NCBI GenBank assembly: GCA_963632335.1
Contig: CAVGUA010000081.1
Location: 12,131 to 57,288, forward strand
Length of the DNA: 45,158 nt
Reading direction: 5' to 3'
DNA from: Parabacteroides goldsteinii
GTDB taxonomy: Bacteria; Bacillota_I; Bacilli_A; RFN20; CAG-826
Shown here in pieces: positions 18,456 through 27,268 of this stretch. The position numbers and the translations under genes were made by a program. The notes beneath the pieces were generated by a model. That model was not told the origin of the DNA, did no database searches, and saw only the letters and a program-made list of their open reading frames with translations. How positions within the stretch are numbered: position 1 is the stretch's first letter; each line of letters opens with the position of its first letter.

Positions 18456-20543
18456 ATGGCTGGTAGAGAATATGATTTAGAGCATACTCGTAATATCGGT
18501 ATCATGGCTCACATTGATGCTGGTAAGACAACAACAACCGAAAGAATCCTTTATTTCACCGGAAAGATTCATAAGATTGGTGAAGTTCATGATGGCGCTG
18601 CTACTATGGACTTTATGGTTCAAGAACAAGAAAGAGGTATCACTATTACTAGTGCCGCTACAACTTGTTTTTGGAAAGGTAATCGTGTAAACATTATTGA
18701 TACTCCAGGGCACGTCGACTTTACAGTTGAAGTTGAAAGATCCTTAAGAGTTCTTGATGGTGCTGTTACCGTTCTTGATGGAAAAAATGGTGTTGAACCA
18801 CAAACCGAAACAGTTTGGAGACAAGGAAGTAAATATGGTGTTCCAAGAATCGTTTTCGTTAATAAGTTAGATGCTATTGGTGCTGATTTTGATATGTCAG
18901 TTGCATCACTTAAAGAAAAACTTGGTGCAAATGCTAAAGCAGTTCAATATCCAATTGGTATTAGCGATACATTAAGAGGTCTTGTTGACCTTGTTAAAAT
19001 GGAAGCTTGGGATTATACCGGATGTGCTGAACATGAAGATCCAAAACTTGTACCAATTCCAGAAGAATTAGTTGAAAAATGTAAAAAATTAAGAGAAGAA
19101 TTGCTTGAAGATTTAGCTGGATTTGATGATCATTTAATGGAAGAACTTCTTGAAGGTCAAGAACCATCAGTTGAAGAAATTAAAGAAGTCATTCGTAAAG
19201 CAGTTTTAGCTGAAAAGTTCTATCCAGTTTTCTGTGGTAGTGCTTATAAGAATAAAGGTATTCAAAAATTACTTGATGGTGTTATTGATTACTTACCATC
19301 ACCTGTTGAAATACCTCCAGCAAAAGGTACTGATGAAAAGACTGGTAAAGAATATTTCTGTAAAGCCGATGATAACCAACCACTTGTTGCTTTAGCTTTC
19401 AAGATTGCAACCGATCCATTTGTTGGAAGACTTGCTTATGTTAGAGTTTACTCAGGTGTTTTAAAGAGTGGAAGTTATGTTTATAACAGCAATAAAGGAC
19501 AAAATGAACGTATTGCTCGTTTAGTCTTAATGCACGCAAATCATAGACAAGAAGTTGATGAACTCCATGCTGGTGATATTGGTGCTGTTATTGGTTTAAA
19601 GAATACAACTACTGGTGAAACCCTTTGTGATACGTCAATTAATGTCACACTTGAAAAAATGGAATTCCCAGAACCTGTTATTGAAGAAGCTATTGAACCA
19701 AAAACCAAGGCTGATCAAGAAAAGATGGGTATTGCTTTAGTTAAACTTGCTGAAGAAGATCCAACATTTAAAGTTCACACTGATCCAGATAGTGGACAAA
19801 CCATTATTGCTGGTGTTGGTGAATTACATCTTGATATTATTGTTGATCGTTTAAGAAGAGAATTTAACGTTCAAGTCGAAGTTGGTAAACCACAAGTTGG
19901 TTATAGAGAAACAATCCGTAGAGCTGCTGATTGCGAAGGTAAATACATTAAGCAATCTGGTGGTCGTGGTCAATATGGTCACGTTTGGATTAAATTCGAA
20001 CCAAACGAAGGAAAAGGATTTGAATTCGTTAACGCTCTTGTTGGTGGAAGTGTTCCAAAAGAATATGTTAAACCAACTCAAGATGGTTTAGTTGATGCTA
20101 TGACAAGAGGTTTAATTGCTGGTTATCCAGTAATCGATGTCAAAGCAACATTATTCGATGGTAGTTATCACGATGTTGATAGCAGTGAAGCTGCTTATAA
20201 AGTTGCTGCATCATTAGCCTTAAAACAAGCTGCAGCTAAATGTGATCCTGTTATCTTAGAACCTTTAATGAAGGTTGAAGTTACAGTTCCAGAACAATAT
20301 TATGGTGATGTCATTGGTGATATTTCACGTAGAAGAGGAAATATGACTGGTGAAGCACAACGTGGTAATGCTAAGATTGTCGAAGCTGAAGTACCACTTT
20401 CAGAGATGTTTGGTTACGTTACTGACTTACGTAGTTTCACTCAAGGTCGTGGATCATTCACTATGGAATTTGAAAAATTCGGAGAATGTCCAAAGTATAT
20501 CCAAGATGAAATTATTAAGAAAAGTGGCGTTACAAAAGCTTAA
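18456..20543 (+). CDS. fusA: Elongation factor G
   Basis: 695 aa with GTPase motifs [17 protein letters not shown] and NKLD. Full EF-G domain order. Confidence 0.98.
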   Translation: MAGREYDLEHTRNIGIMAHIDAGKTTTTERILYFTGKIHKIGEVHDGAATMDFMVQEQERGITITSAATTCFWKGNRVNIIDTPGHVDFTVEVERSLRVLDGAVTVLDGKNGVEPQTETVWRQGSKYGVPRIVFVNKLDAIGADFDMSVASLKEKLGANAKAVQYPIGISDTLRGLVDLVKMEAWDYTGCAEHEDPKLVPIPEELVEKCKKLREELLEDLAGFDDHLMEELLEGQEPSVEEIKEVIRKAVLAEKFYPVFCGSAYKNKGIQKLLDGVIDYLPSPVEIPPAKGTDEKTGKEYFCKADDNQPLVALAFKIATDPFVGRLAYVRVYSGVLKSGSYVYNSNKGQNERIARLVLMHANHRQEVDELHAGDIGAVIGLKNTTTGETLCDTSINVTLEKMEFPEPVIEEAIEPKTKADQEKMGIALVKLAEEDPTFKVHTDPDSGQTIIAGVGELHLDIIVDRLRREFNVQVEVGKPQVGYRETIRRAADCEGKYIKQSGGRGQYGHVWIKFEPNEGKGFEFVNALVGGSVPKEYVKPTQDGLVDAMTRGLIAGYPVIDVKATLFDGSYHDVDSSEAAYKVAASLALKQAAAKCDPVILEPLMKVEVTVPEQYYGDVIGDISRRRGNMTGEAQRGNAKIVEAEVPLSEMFGYVTDLRSFTQGRGSFTMEFEKFGECPKYIQDEIIKKSGVTKA

Positions 20544-20666
20544 TTTATTTAGGTAAAAATTAGATTATTTTAGAACTTTAATGTTTATAAACATTATTGA
20601 ATAGAAAAATAATTTAATATAAAATATTTACATGCGTTATGCATTTATAAAGGAGAAATTAAATTT

Positions 20667-21860
20667 ATGGCAAAAGCAAAATTTGATAGAAGCAAGGTCC
20701 ATATGAATATTGGTACCATTGGCCACGTTGACCATGGTAAAACAACCTTAACTGCTGCTATCACTCACGTCTTATCTAAAGAAGGTTTAATCGATGCTGG
20801 TGAAGTTAAAAACTATGATCAAATCGATGCCGCTCCAGAAGAAAAGGCAAGAGGTATTACAATTAATACTGCTCACATTGAGTACAGTACTAAAAAGAGA
20901 CACTATGCACACGTCGATTGCCCAGGGCACGCTGACTATGTTAAGAATATGATTACTGGTGCAGCCCAAATGGATGCTGCTATCTTAGTCGTTGCCGCTA
21001 CCGATGGTGTTATGCCTCAAACTCGTGAACACATCTTACTTGCTAAACAAGTTGGTGTTCCATATATCGTTGTTTATTTAAATAAATGCGATATGGTCGA
21101 TGATCCAGAATTAATCGATTTAGTCGAAATGGATGTCAGAGACTTATTAAGCAAATATGGTTATCCAGGTGATGAGACTCCAATTATTAGAGGTAGTGCT
21201 CTTAAAGCTTTACAAGGCGATCCAAACTACGAAAAGAGTGTTGTCGAATTAATGGATGCTGTTGATAGCTATGTCCCAGATCCAGTCCGTGATAACGATA
21301 AACCATTCTTAATGCCAATTGAAGACGTTGAAACAATTACTGGCCGTGGAACCGTTATTACTGGTCGTGTTGAAAGAGGTGTTTTAAAACCAAACGATGA
21401 ATGTGAAATCGTCGGTATTAAACCAACCATCAAGACTGTTGTTACTTCACTTGAAATGTTCCGTAAGACCTTAGACTTCGCAGAAGCTGGTGATAATATT
21501 GGTGCTTTATTAAGAGGTGTTGATAGATCACAAGTCGAAAGAGGACAAGTTCTTGCTAAACCAGGAAGTATTACTCCACATAGCAAATTCACTTGCTCAG
21601 TCTACGTTTTAAAGAAAGAAGAAGGTGGAAGACATACTGCTTTCTTAAGCAACTATAGACCACAATTCTATTTCCATACCACTGATATTACTGGTACAAT
21701 CACTTTACCACCAGAAATTCAAATGGTTATGCCAGGTGATAATGTCAACTTCAACGTTGAATTAATTCACCCAGTTGCAATTGAAAAAGGTACCAAATTC
21801 TCAATCCGTGAAGGTGGAAGAACAGTTGGTGCTGGAACTGTTACTGAAATTATTAAATAG
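20667..21860 (+). CDS. tuf: Elongation factor Tu
   Basis: 397 aa with [17 protein letters not shown] and NKCD. Confidence 0.98.
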   Translation: MAKAKFDRSKVHMNIGTIGHVDHGKTTLTAAITHVLSKEGLIDAGEVKNYDQIDAAPEEKARGITINTAHIEYSTKKRHYAHVDCPGHADYVKNMITGAAQMDAAILVVAATDGVMPQTREHILLAKQVGVPYIVVYLNKCDMVDDPELIDLVEMDVRDLLSKYGYPGDETPIIRGSALKALQGDPNYEKSVVELMDAVDSYVPDPVRDNDKPFLMPIEDVETITGRGTVITGRVERGVLKPNDECEIVGIKPTIKTVVTSLEMFRKTLDFAEAGDNIGALLRGVDRSQVERGQVLAKPGSITPHSKFTCSVYVLKKEEGGRHTAFLSNYRPQFYFHTTDITGTITLPPEIQMVMPGDNVNFNVELIHPVAIEKGTKFSIREGGRTVGAGTVTEIIK

Positions 21861-21882
21861 TAATTGTTTAAAGAAAAAATAT

Positions 21883-21906
21883 AAGAGCTCTTCGGAGCTC
21901 TTTTAT
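21883..21906 (+). terminator. Rho-independent terminator after tuf
   Basis: AAGAGCTC-TTCG-GAGCTCTT (8-bp stem, UUCG loop) followed by TTTATT. Confidence 0.85.
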
Positions 21907-21977
21907 TGTGGCTAAAATATGTGGATATCATGATTTTAGAATTTATTAATAGTTAAATTTAATATAAAATATTTTAT

Positions 21978-22943
21978 ATGAAAAAAGTTATGTGCCCAAA
22001 ATGTGAAGAAGTATTTGAAATAGATGAAAGTAGCGACCTTCTTCCTACTGGCTGTGTTTATTGTAAAAAATGTCGCGAACCATTTATGCCTAATGATGGC
22101 GTTATGAAATTAGAAAATGAATTTAAAAGAGCTGTTTCTGCTGCATATAAAGATATGTATATGAAACAAAATTATGAACAAGCTGCAGGCGAATATGAAT
22201 ACGCTTTAACCTTAAAAAATGATGACTTAGGAGCAGTCGTTGGTTCATGTTTAGCAAAAATGTATGCTTCAAAACTTAATGATCGAGAATTTTTAAATAT
22301 TATTGATGCTTTTGAAAGTAGGGATATCGTTTTAGATGCTGAAAATACCTTTATTTATCTTAGTTTTGTTCGAGATTCAGTTTATGCTTTTGAACAATTT
22401 TTAAAGATGTCTAGACAAAATTTAACTAAAGATGGAATTTTTTATAACAAAGAATATTTTTCTTATTATTTAGATGGCATCAAAGAAATTAAGAAAGTCA
22501 TGGATTATTTTAAAGATTCTTTATCTTTAGTGGACAAAGATGAATATGAAAGTTTTCAAAAAGAAAATTCATTATTTAATCAAGATTTCGAAACTATGAC
22601 TAATGGAATTAATAATAGACTTAATGGAGATTATAAAGTTAATGAAGTTGGCTATGTTCAAGTTTCAAATGGTGAAATGGAAATTGTTAGAGAAGAAAAT
22701 TATGATGGAGTAATTGCTCCAATTGAAGTAGATTTATCGCTTTTACCAGTAAATGAAAAAGCAGTAAAAGTTAGAAAAATGATGATTGGTTATTTTTCAT
22801 TTTTAACTTTAATGATTATTGCTTTTTTAGTGATTTATTTTGTAACAAAGATTAGTACTTATCTTTGGTTCTTAGCAATTCCAATTGGACTTGCTGCCAT
22901 TGGTTATTTTGTATTTACTTATTTGATAAAAAAATGTTACTAA
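21978..22943 (+). CDS. Zinc-ribbon (MJ0042-like) protein with helical middle region and two C-terminal TM helices
   Basis: The N-terminus is CPKCEEVFEID......GCVYCKKCREPF. The C-terminus has two hydrophobic helices (MMIGYFSFLTLMIIAFLVIYFV and LWFLAIPIGLAAIGYFVFTYLI). No enzymatic motif recognised. Confidence 0.6.
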   Translation: MKKVMCPKCEEVFEIDESSDLLPTGCVYCKKCREPFMPNDGVMKLENEFKRAVSAAYKDMYMKQNYEQAAGEYEYALTLKNDDLGAVVGSCLAKMYASKLNDREFLNIIDAFESRDIVLDAENTFIYLSFVRDSVYAFEQFLKMSRQNLTKDGIFYNKEYFSYYLDGIKEIKKVMDYFKDSLSLVDKDEYESFQKENSLFNQDFETMTNGINNRLNGDYKVNEVGYVQVSNGEMEIVREENYDGVIAPIEVDLSLLPVNEKAVKVRKMMIGYFSFLTLMIIAFLVIYFVTKISTYLWFLAIPIGLAAIGYFVFTYLIKKCY

Positions 22944-23524
22944 ATGTAATTATTTTCTTTTAAATAATTTAATAATTTTATAGAGGCAAGGTATCGATGA
23001 GATAGCTTGTCTTTTTCAATTGGATCGAGTTCCGCATATGTTTTATTAATTCCATCAACTTTAAAAACTGGATCATAGCCAAAATCATCATTAGCAACTA
23101 TTTTAGAAATTGTTCCATTTACTTCGCCAACAAATTCGAGAGGTTTATCTTCAATATTTATTAAAACAATTGAACAATGAAATTTTGCTTTGCTTCCTAA
23201 ATGATATTCAACTAAATAATTTATACATTTTTCTTGGCCACCCATTTCTTCCATATATCTATGGGAATATATACCAGGAAAATGTTCACCAAGCTCTTCA
23301 ATTTCAATTCCTGAATCGTCTGCAATAATTGGTAAGTTAGTAAACTTTTTGCAGGCTTCGCATTTAATTAATGCATTATCAAAAAAGGTTTTACCAGTTT
23401 CATCTGGATCGATATCAATATTTAGGTCTTTAAGTGAATATATTCTTACATCATATTCCTTAAATATTTCTCTAAATTCTTTAAGCTTGTGTTGGTTGTT
23501 GGTTGCTAATAGAAATTCAAACAT
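22940..23524 (-). CDS. rdgB: Non-canonical purine NTP pyrophosphatase (RdgB/HAM1 family)
   Basis: 194 aa with LATNNQHKLKEFREI at the N-terminus and a later FGYDP motif. Its 3' end overlaps the convergent upstream gene by 4 nt. Confidence 0.85.
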   Translation of the reverse strand: MFEFLLATNNQHKLKEFREIFKEYDVRIYSLKDLNIDIDPDETGKTFFDNALIKCEACKKFTNLPIIADDSGIEIEELGEHFPGIYSHRYMEEMGGQEKCINYLVEYHLGSKAKFHCSIVLINIEDKPLEFVGEVNGTISKIVANDDFGYDPVFKVDGINKTYAELDPIEKDKLSHRYLASIKLLNYLKENNYI

Positions 23525-23738
23525 GTTATTTACCTCTTGGAATATTATATTAATTTTTATAAAAAAACATATATATAACCGCTTATTTTTAAATGTTTCA
23601 TAAATGCGCTTTTAGTTTCATACTTGCAAAAACTATATAGGTTCTTGGCTGGATTTAAAAATTTCTTATAAAAATCGTCTTTTTTGTGTTTTTATTAAAT
23701 ATTTCATATGAAAATGATTTGAATGATATACTCTTAGT

Positions 23739-24270
23739 ATGTAAAAGAGAGAACTTTATAAATGCATTTATAAAACGCCAAGTAATTTTTCTGATTTAGT
23801 TTTAATAAGTGATGGAGAATGCTTAGTTGGCTTATTTTTTGAAGAATTCAAAAAGAAATTTAGCTTTGATGTAGAAGTTATTATAGATAATGGAACAAAA
23901 TTTGAAGAAACAATAAGATGGGTGGATATTTATTTTGATGGCAGAGAACCTGATTTTATTCCTAAATATAAAATTAATAATTTGACACCTTTTAGGAATG
24001 ATGTCATAAATGAAATTAATAAAGTTAAATATGGTAAAACAACGACCTATGGCGATATTTCTAGAAAAATCGCTTTAAAATACAATATTAATAAGATGTT
24101 TTCTCAGACGGTTGGTAGAGCAATTGGATGGAATCCAATTTGCATAATAATTCCTTGTCATCGTGTAATCGGAAGCAATCATAAACTTGTGGGTTATGAC
24201 GGTGGGAAAAAACAAAATAGAGCTTTTGAAATTAGAGGGTAGTTATTTCGAATTGCCATCTAAAAAATAA
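23739..24270 (+). pseudogene. ogt: O6-alkylguanine-DNA alkyltransferase gene with two disruptions
   Basis: ATG at 23739 is followed directly by TAA (23742-23744). The same frame then reads KRELYKCIYKTPSNFSDLVLISDGECLVGLFFEEF..., an MGMT N-domain, followed by the active site IIPCHRVIG. After GYDGG the conserved tail K..LLKLEG (KNKIELLKLEGSYF..., stop at 24268-24270) is only found in the +1 frame. The switch point is the GGTGGGAAAAAAC tract (about 24201-24213). Confidence 0.6.
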
Positions 24271-24282
24271 GTTATTTTTCAT

Positions 24283-24317
24283 AAAAAAAGACACCAATCA
24301 AAATCCGATTTAGTGTC
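24283..24317 (-). terminator. Terminator downstream of tRNA-Gly (minus strand)
   Basis: On the minus strand, GACAC...GTGTC plus AATC/GATT pairing forms the stem, followed by a run of 7 T (A run at 24283-24289 on the + strand). Confidence 0.55.
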
Positions 24318-24330
24318 ATTTAATCTTATC

Positions 24331-24404
24331 TGGAGCAGGTGACGGGAATCGAACCCGCATGACCAGCTTGGAAGGCTGGAGTTCTACCACTGAACTACAC
24401 CTGC
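24331..24404 (-). tRNA. tRNA-Gly (anticodon UCC)
   Basis: The reverse complement reads GCAGGTG TA GTTC AGTGGTA GAAC T CCAGC CTTCCAA GCTGG TCAT GCGGG TTCGATT CCCGT CACCTGC T CCA. This is a full cloverleaf with a 7-bp acceptor stem, a TTCGATT T-loop and an encoded CCA. Confidence 0.93.
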
Positions 24405-24414
24405 GCGCCTAAAT

Positions 24415-24443
24415 ATTATATTAGAAGAGTCAATATAATTCAA
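24415..24443 (-). promoter_or_regulatory. Candidate promoter for tRNA-Gly
   Basis: On the minus strand: TTGAAT (24443-24438), 17-nt spacer, TATAAT (24420-24415). It ends 10 nt upstream of the mature tRNA 5' end. Confidence 0.55.
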
Positions 24444-24461
24444 GCGGTAAAAAGAAAGGTT

Positions 24462-24776
24462 TTAGTTTAAAGAACTGGAAATGAAGTTTTTAATAGTTTG
24501 TGAATCCATATAACCAGTAGTGGCTTTAACAGCTTTTCCATCTTTAATGACAAAGATTGTTGGAACTGCACGAATGTTAAATCTAGCTGCGAGTTGTTGG
24601 TGTTTATCAACATCTACTGAAATAAATTGGTAATCTTTTAGTTCTTCGCTAACTTCTAAAAGATTTGGATGCAACATTTTGCATGGTCCGCACCATGTGG
24701 CATTAAAATCAACAATTGATACTCCTTTACTTGTAACTTCATCAAAATTTTCGTTTGGTAATAATTCTTTAATCAT
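24462..24776 (-). CDS. trxA: Thioredoxin
   Basis: 104 aa with the WCGPCK active site. RBS AGGAGA. Confidence 0.93.
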   Translation of the reverse strand: MIKELLPNENFDEVTSKGVSIVDFNATWCGPCKMLHPNLLEVSEELKDYQFISVDVDKHQQLAARFNIRAVPTIFVIKDGKAVKATTGYMDSQTIKNFISSSLN

Positions 24777-24786
24777 AAATTTCTCC

Positions 24787-25710
24787 TTATTTTGTAATTA
24801 TAATAAATATTAAGTAAATTAATAAAATGTGTAGTGGATAATATAAATAAAATGAATATTGAATAATTTTATTTGAATATCCTTTTCTTCCATTATAGAA
24901 AAATATTGGTATAGTGCTAAAGAACATAAATGATTGTAAGGCGCCATCAATTAATTCATCTAAACCATTTTTATAAAATGGAAGATAGGTAATAAGATAG
25001 CAAACAAGTGTTAAAAATGCAATTATAATGCATACAATTGAATTTTTAGATCTTTGATATTGTTTTGATTCTTTAAATTCATTTATTGTGTCTTCATTAT
25101 TTGCTAATGCTTTAGTAAGTTTATAATCATAAATTTTGTAACTAAGCAAAGTTCCTATAAATATAAAAGGAGCTAATATATCATATTGTAAAAATAGTCC
25201 ATTAAAATAGGTAAAAGAAGAAACTTCATGGATGGTAAAGAAACCATTAATGAAAACTAATTTTGTAGAGAAACTTATTGCTATATATAAAATTGGTAAA
25301 ATACATAAAAACTTATATTTTGAGTAATATATAAAATAATAGAAACTCGCTAAGATAAATAAAGTAATAAAAATGTTTCCGTTATATTTAAAATTAAATG
25401 AACCATTTCCTAAAAATTGAATTAATGTCATTAATATATAGATAAATAAAGCCTCAATTCCTAATCTTAGAAGATATTTCTTGATATTTTTTGTATGAGA
25501 TAAACCTTCGATTAAAACAAAAATAAATATTGGAAGAGATAGTCTTCCTATCATTCTAAAAATATAGCCGATATCATAAATAGAACCACTCCCATAATGA
25601 TTCATCATTAAAAACCCTACATGATCAACAGTCATGAAAATGGTTCCTAAAATTTTTAGTATAAAAGTGGACAGGCCATTTTTTGCTGCGTTATCTTTTG
25701 ATTTATCCAT
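24787..25710 (-). CDS. TraX family membrane protein
   Basis: 307 aa and polytopic. The N-terminal LKILGTIFMTVDHVG matches the TraX-family signature (LK.IA...M..DH.G). Confidence 0.6.
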   Translation of the reverse strand: MDKSKDNAAKNGLSTFILKILGTIFMTVDHVGFLMMNHYGSGSIYDIGYIFRMIGRLSLPIFIFVLIEGLSHTKNIKKYLLRLGIEALFIYILMTLIQFLGNGSFNFKYNGNIFITLFILASFYYFIYYSKYKFLCILPILYIAISFSTKLVFINGFFTIHEVSSFTYFNGLFLQYDILAPFIFIGTLLSYKIYDYKLTKALANNEDTINEFKESKQYQRSKNSIVCIIIAFLTLVCYLITYLPFYKNGLDELIDGALQSFMFFSTIPIFFYNGRKGYSNKIIQYSFYLYYPLHILLIYLIFIIITK

Positions 25711-25715
25711 ATAAA

Positions 25716-26609
25716 TTATTGAACAAAAGTAGAAATTATCGTCATTAAAATAGCAACTAAATTATTTGTTATATGTGCTAATATAGATGTTTCTAATCCT
25801 TCCTTATCATAAACATAGCACAAAATTAATCCAGAAATCACGTATGAAGGAATGTTGATTAATTCGACACTTAGTTGAGCGCTATCATTAAAAGACGAAA
25901 AGTCAAAATGAATAAATCCAAAAATAATAGCAGAAACAATATAAGCAAGAATTCGATTATATCTTCTTAAAAAACTAAATAAACCTAAACGATAACCAAA
26001 TTCTTCACAAATTGGACCAATGCATGAAAAGACAATAAGTGAAAGAACAGGAAAACTAGCAACTATTGCATCAATTGAATTTTCGTTATTGTTACTCCCA
26101 ACATTTCCAAATATTAAATTTGATAGCATATTATAAAGTGCTGATGCAATTATAAGGAAAAAGCCATATGCAATTCCATAAATCCAAGTACGTCTTTCTT
26201 TAAATTTATAGAAAATCTTTGTTACATCTTTATTTATGATTAACAAGCATGTTCCAAAAGCTACAAAATAAATTGAAAAATTTGTCATTGCACTTCCAGC
26301 TGCTGATTCTAAAAAATAAGGATTAATCCATAATGTAACGATTTGGAAAACTAGTGAAATTAATGTTAATCCCAGTACCATGAATAAGAATAAAGGAATT
26401 TCTTTTGCAATTGAAACATCTCTTCTTTCGGCAAAAACAAGCCATCTTGCCTTTGTTTTTGGCTCTTCAACTTTAACAATTGGTTCATCTTTTATATCTT
26501 TAGTAACATTATTTTCGTTTTCTTTAATGTTATACCCGCAATAAGGGCATTTTTCTAAATCTTCATCAATTAATAATCCGCAATTTGGGCACTTTTTCTT
26601 CTCGTTCAT
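25716..26609 (-). CDS. CPBP family intramembrane glutamic endopeptidase with N-terminal zinc ribbon
   Basis: CPNCG....CPYCG at the N-terminus. CPBP motifs EEFGYR, FGFIH and HITNN lie in TM segments. Confidence 0.8.
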   Translation of the reverse strand: MNEKKKCPNCGLLIDEDLEKCPYCGYNIKENENNVTKDIKDEPIVKVEEPKTKARWLVFAERRDVSIAKEIPLFLFMVLGLTLISLVFQIVTLWINPYFLESAAGSAMTNFSIYFVAFGTCLLIINKDVTKIFYKFKERRTWIYGIAYGFFLIIASALYNMLSNLIFGNVGSNNNENSIDAIVASFPVLSLIVFSCIGPICEEFGYRLGLFSFLRRYNRILAYIVSAIIFGFIHFDFSSFNDSAQLSVELINIPSYVISGLILCYVYDKEGLETSILAHITNNLVAILMTIISTFVQ

Positions 26610-26622
26610 TGTTTTTACCTGT

Positions 26623-26645
26623 CAATAATTATACTATAATTATTG
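26623..26645. promoter_or_regulatory. 23-bp perfect palindrome in the divergent CPBP/yigZ-like promoter region
   Basis: CAATAATTATA-C-TATAATTATTG. Each half contains a TATAAT in the correct orientation to serve as the -10 for the gene on that side (starts at 26609 on the minus strand and 26663 on the plus strand). Confidence 0.5.
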
Positions 26646-26662
26646 TTGAAAGAAATATTTAT

Positions 26663-27268
26663 ATGGAATTTATTATTAAAGATTTTTATGAAAACGAAAT
26701 AGATGTAGAGAAGTCAAAATTCATAACATATCTTTTCCCTGTGTCATCTAAAGATGATTTTATTTTAGAGTTAAATAAGATTAAAAAAGAGCATAATAAG
26801 GCTAGACATCATTGTTATGCATATAAAATCAATGGTGAAATTAAATATTCAGATGATGGAGAACCTCAAGGTAGTGCAGGTAAGCCAATTCTTTCTGTAA
26901 TTGAAAATAAAAACTTAAATAATTGTGCAATTGTTGTTGTTAGATATTTTGGTGGGGTGCTTTTAGGAAGCGGAAGATTACTTAGAACTTATTCTTTAAG
27001 TGCATCTTCAATTGTGAGTAATGCAAAATTTTATGAAATTATCGAAGAAAATGAGATTTCTGTAGAAGTTGAATTGGATTCTTATGATATTTTTAAAAAT
27101 TATCTTTCCAAAAAGCATTTTCTTATTAAATCAACAGTCTTTAATGATAAAATATCTATAGTTTTTTATGCTCCTTTAAATTTTGATGATGATTTAGATT
27201 CTATGTTCTATCCAAAAGTCAAAATTTTAAAAAAAGAAGTAGTAAAACGTTCTAAAGAGGTTATGTAA
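26663..27268 (+). CDS. YigZ/IMPACT family protein (UPF0029)
   Basis: ATG at 26663. The track's extension from 26585 overlaps the divergent gene. The conserved KARHHCYAY....... SDDGEPQGSAGKPIL motif is present. Confidence 0.8.
   Translation: MEFIIKDFYENEIDVEKSKFITYLFPVSSKDDFILELNKIKKEHNKARHHCYAYKINGEIKYSDDGEPQGSAGKPILSVIENKNLNNCAIVVVRYFGGVLLGSGRLLRTYSLSASSIVSNAKFYEIIEENEISVEVELDSYDIFKNYLSKKHFLIKSTVFNDKISIVFYAPLNFDDDLDSMFYPKVKILKKEVVKRSKEVM

Noticed and set aside
20579-20596. 18-bp perfect palindrome TAATGTTTATAAACATTA in the fusA-tuf spacer, next to a TTGAAT-17-TAAAAT promoter-like element
   Set aside because: At this AT content I estimate that about 0.6 such palindromes are expected per window by chance. 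There is no second copy and no known operator match.
7231-21592. Numerous antisense or alternate-frame ORFs of 60-160 aa inside rplA, rplJ, rpoB, rpoC, rpsG, fusA and tuf (for example 7231-7620, 16462-16950 and 21269-21592)
   Set aside because: They overlap highly conserved genes and have S/L/F-rich compositions typical of the antisense of AT-rich coding DNA. No RBSs were seen.
22940-22943. 4-nt overlap of the convergent gene ends (zinc-ribbon protein and rdgB) with no terminator between them
   Set aside because: Overlapping convergent stops are common in compact genomes. No additional structure was seen, so this is noted only as a layout detail.
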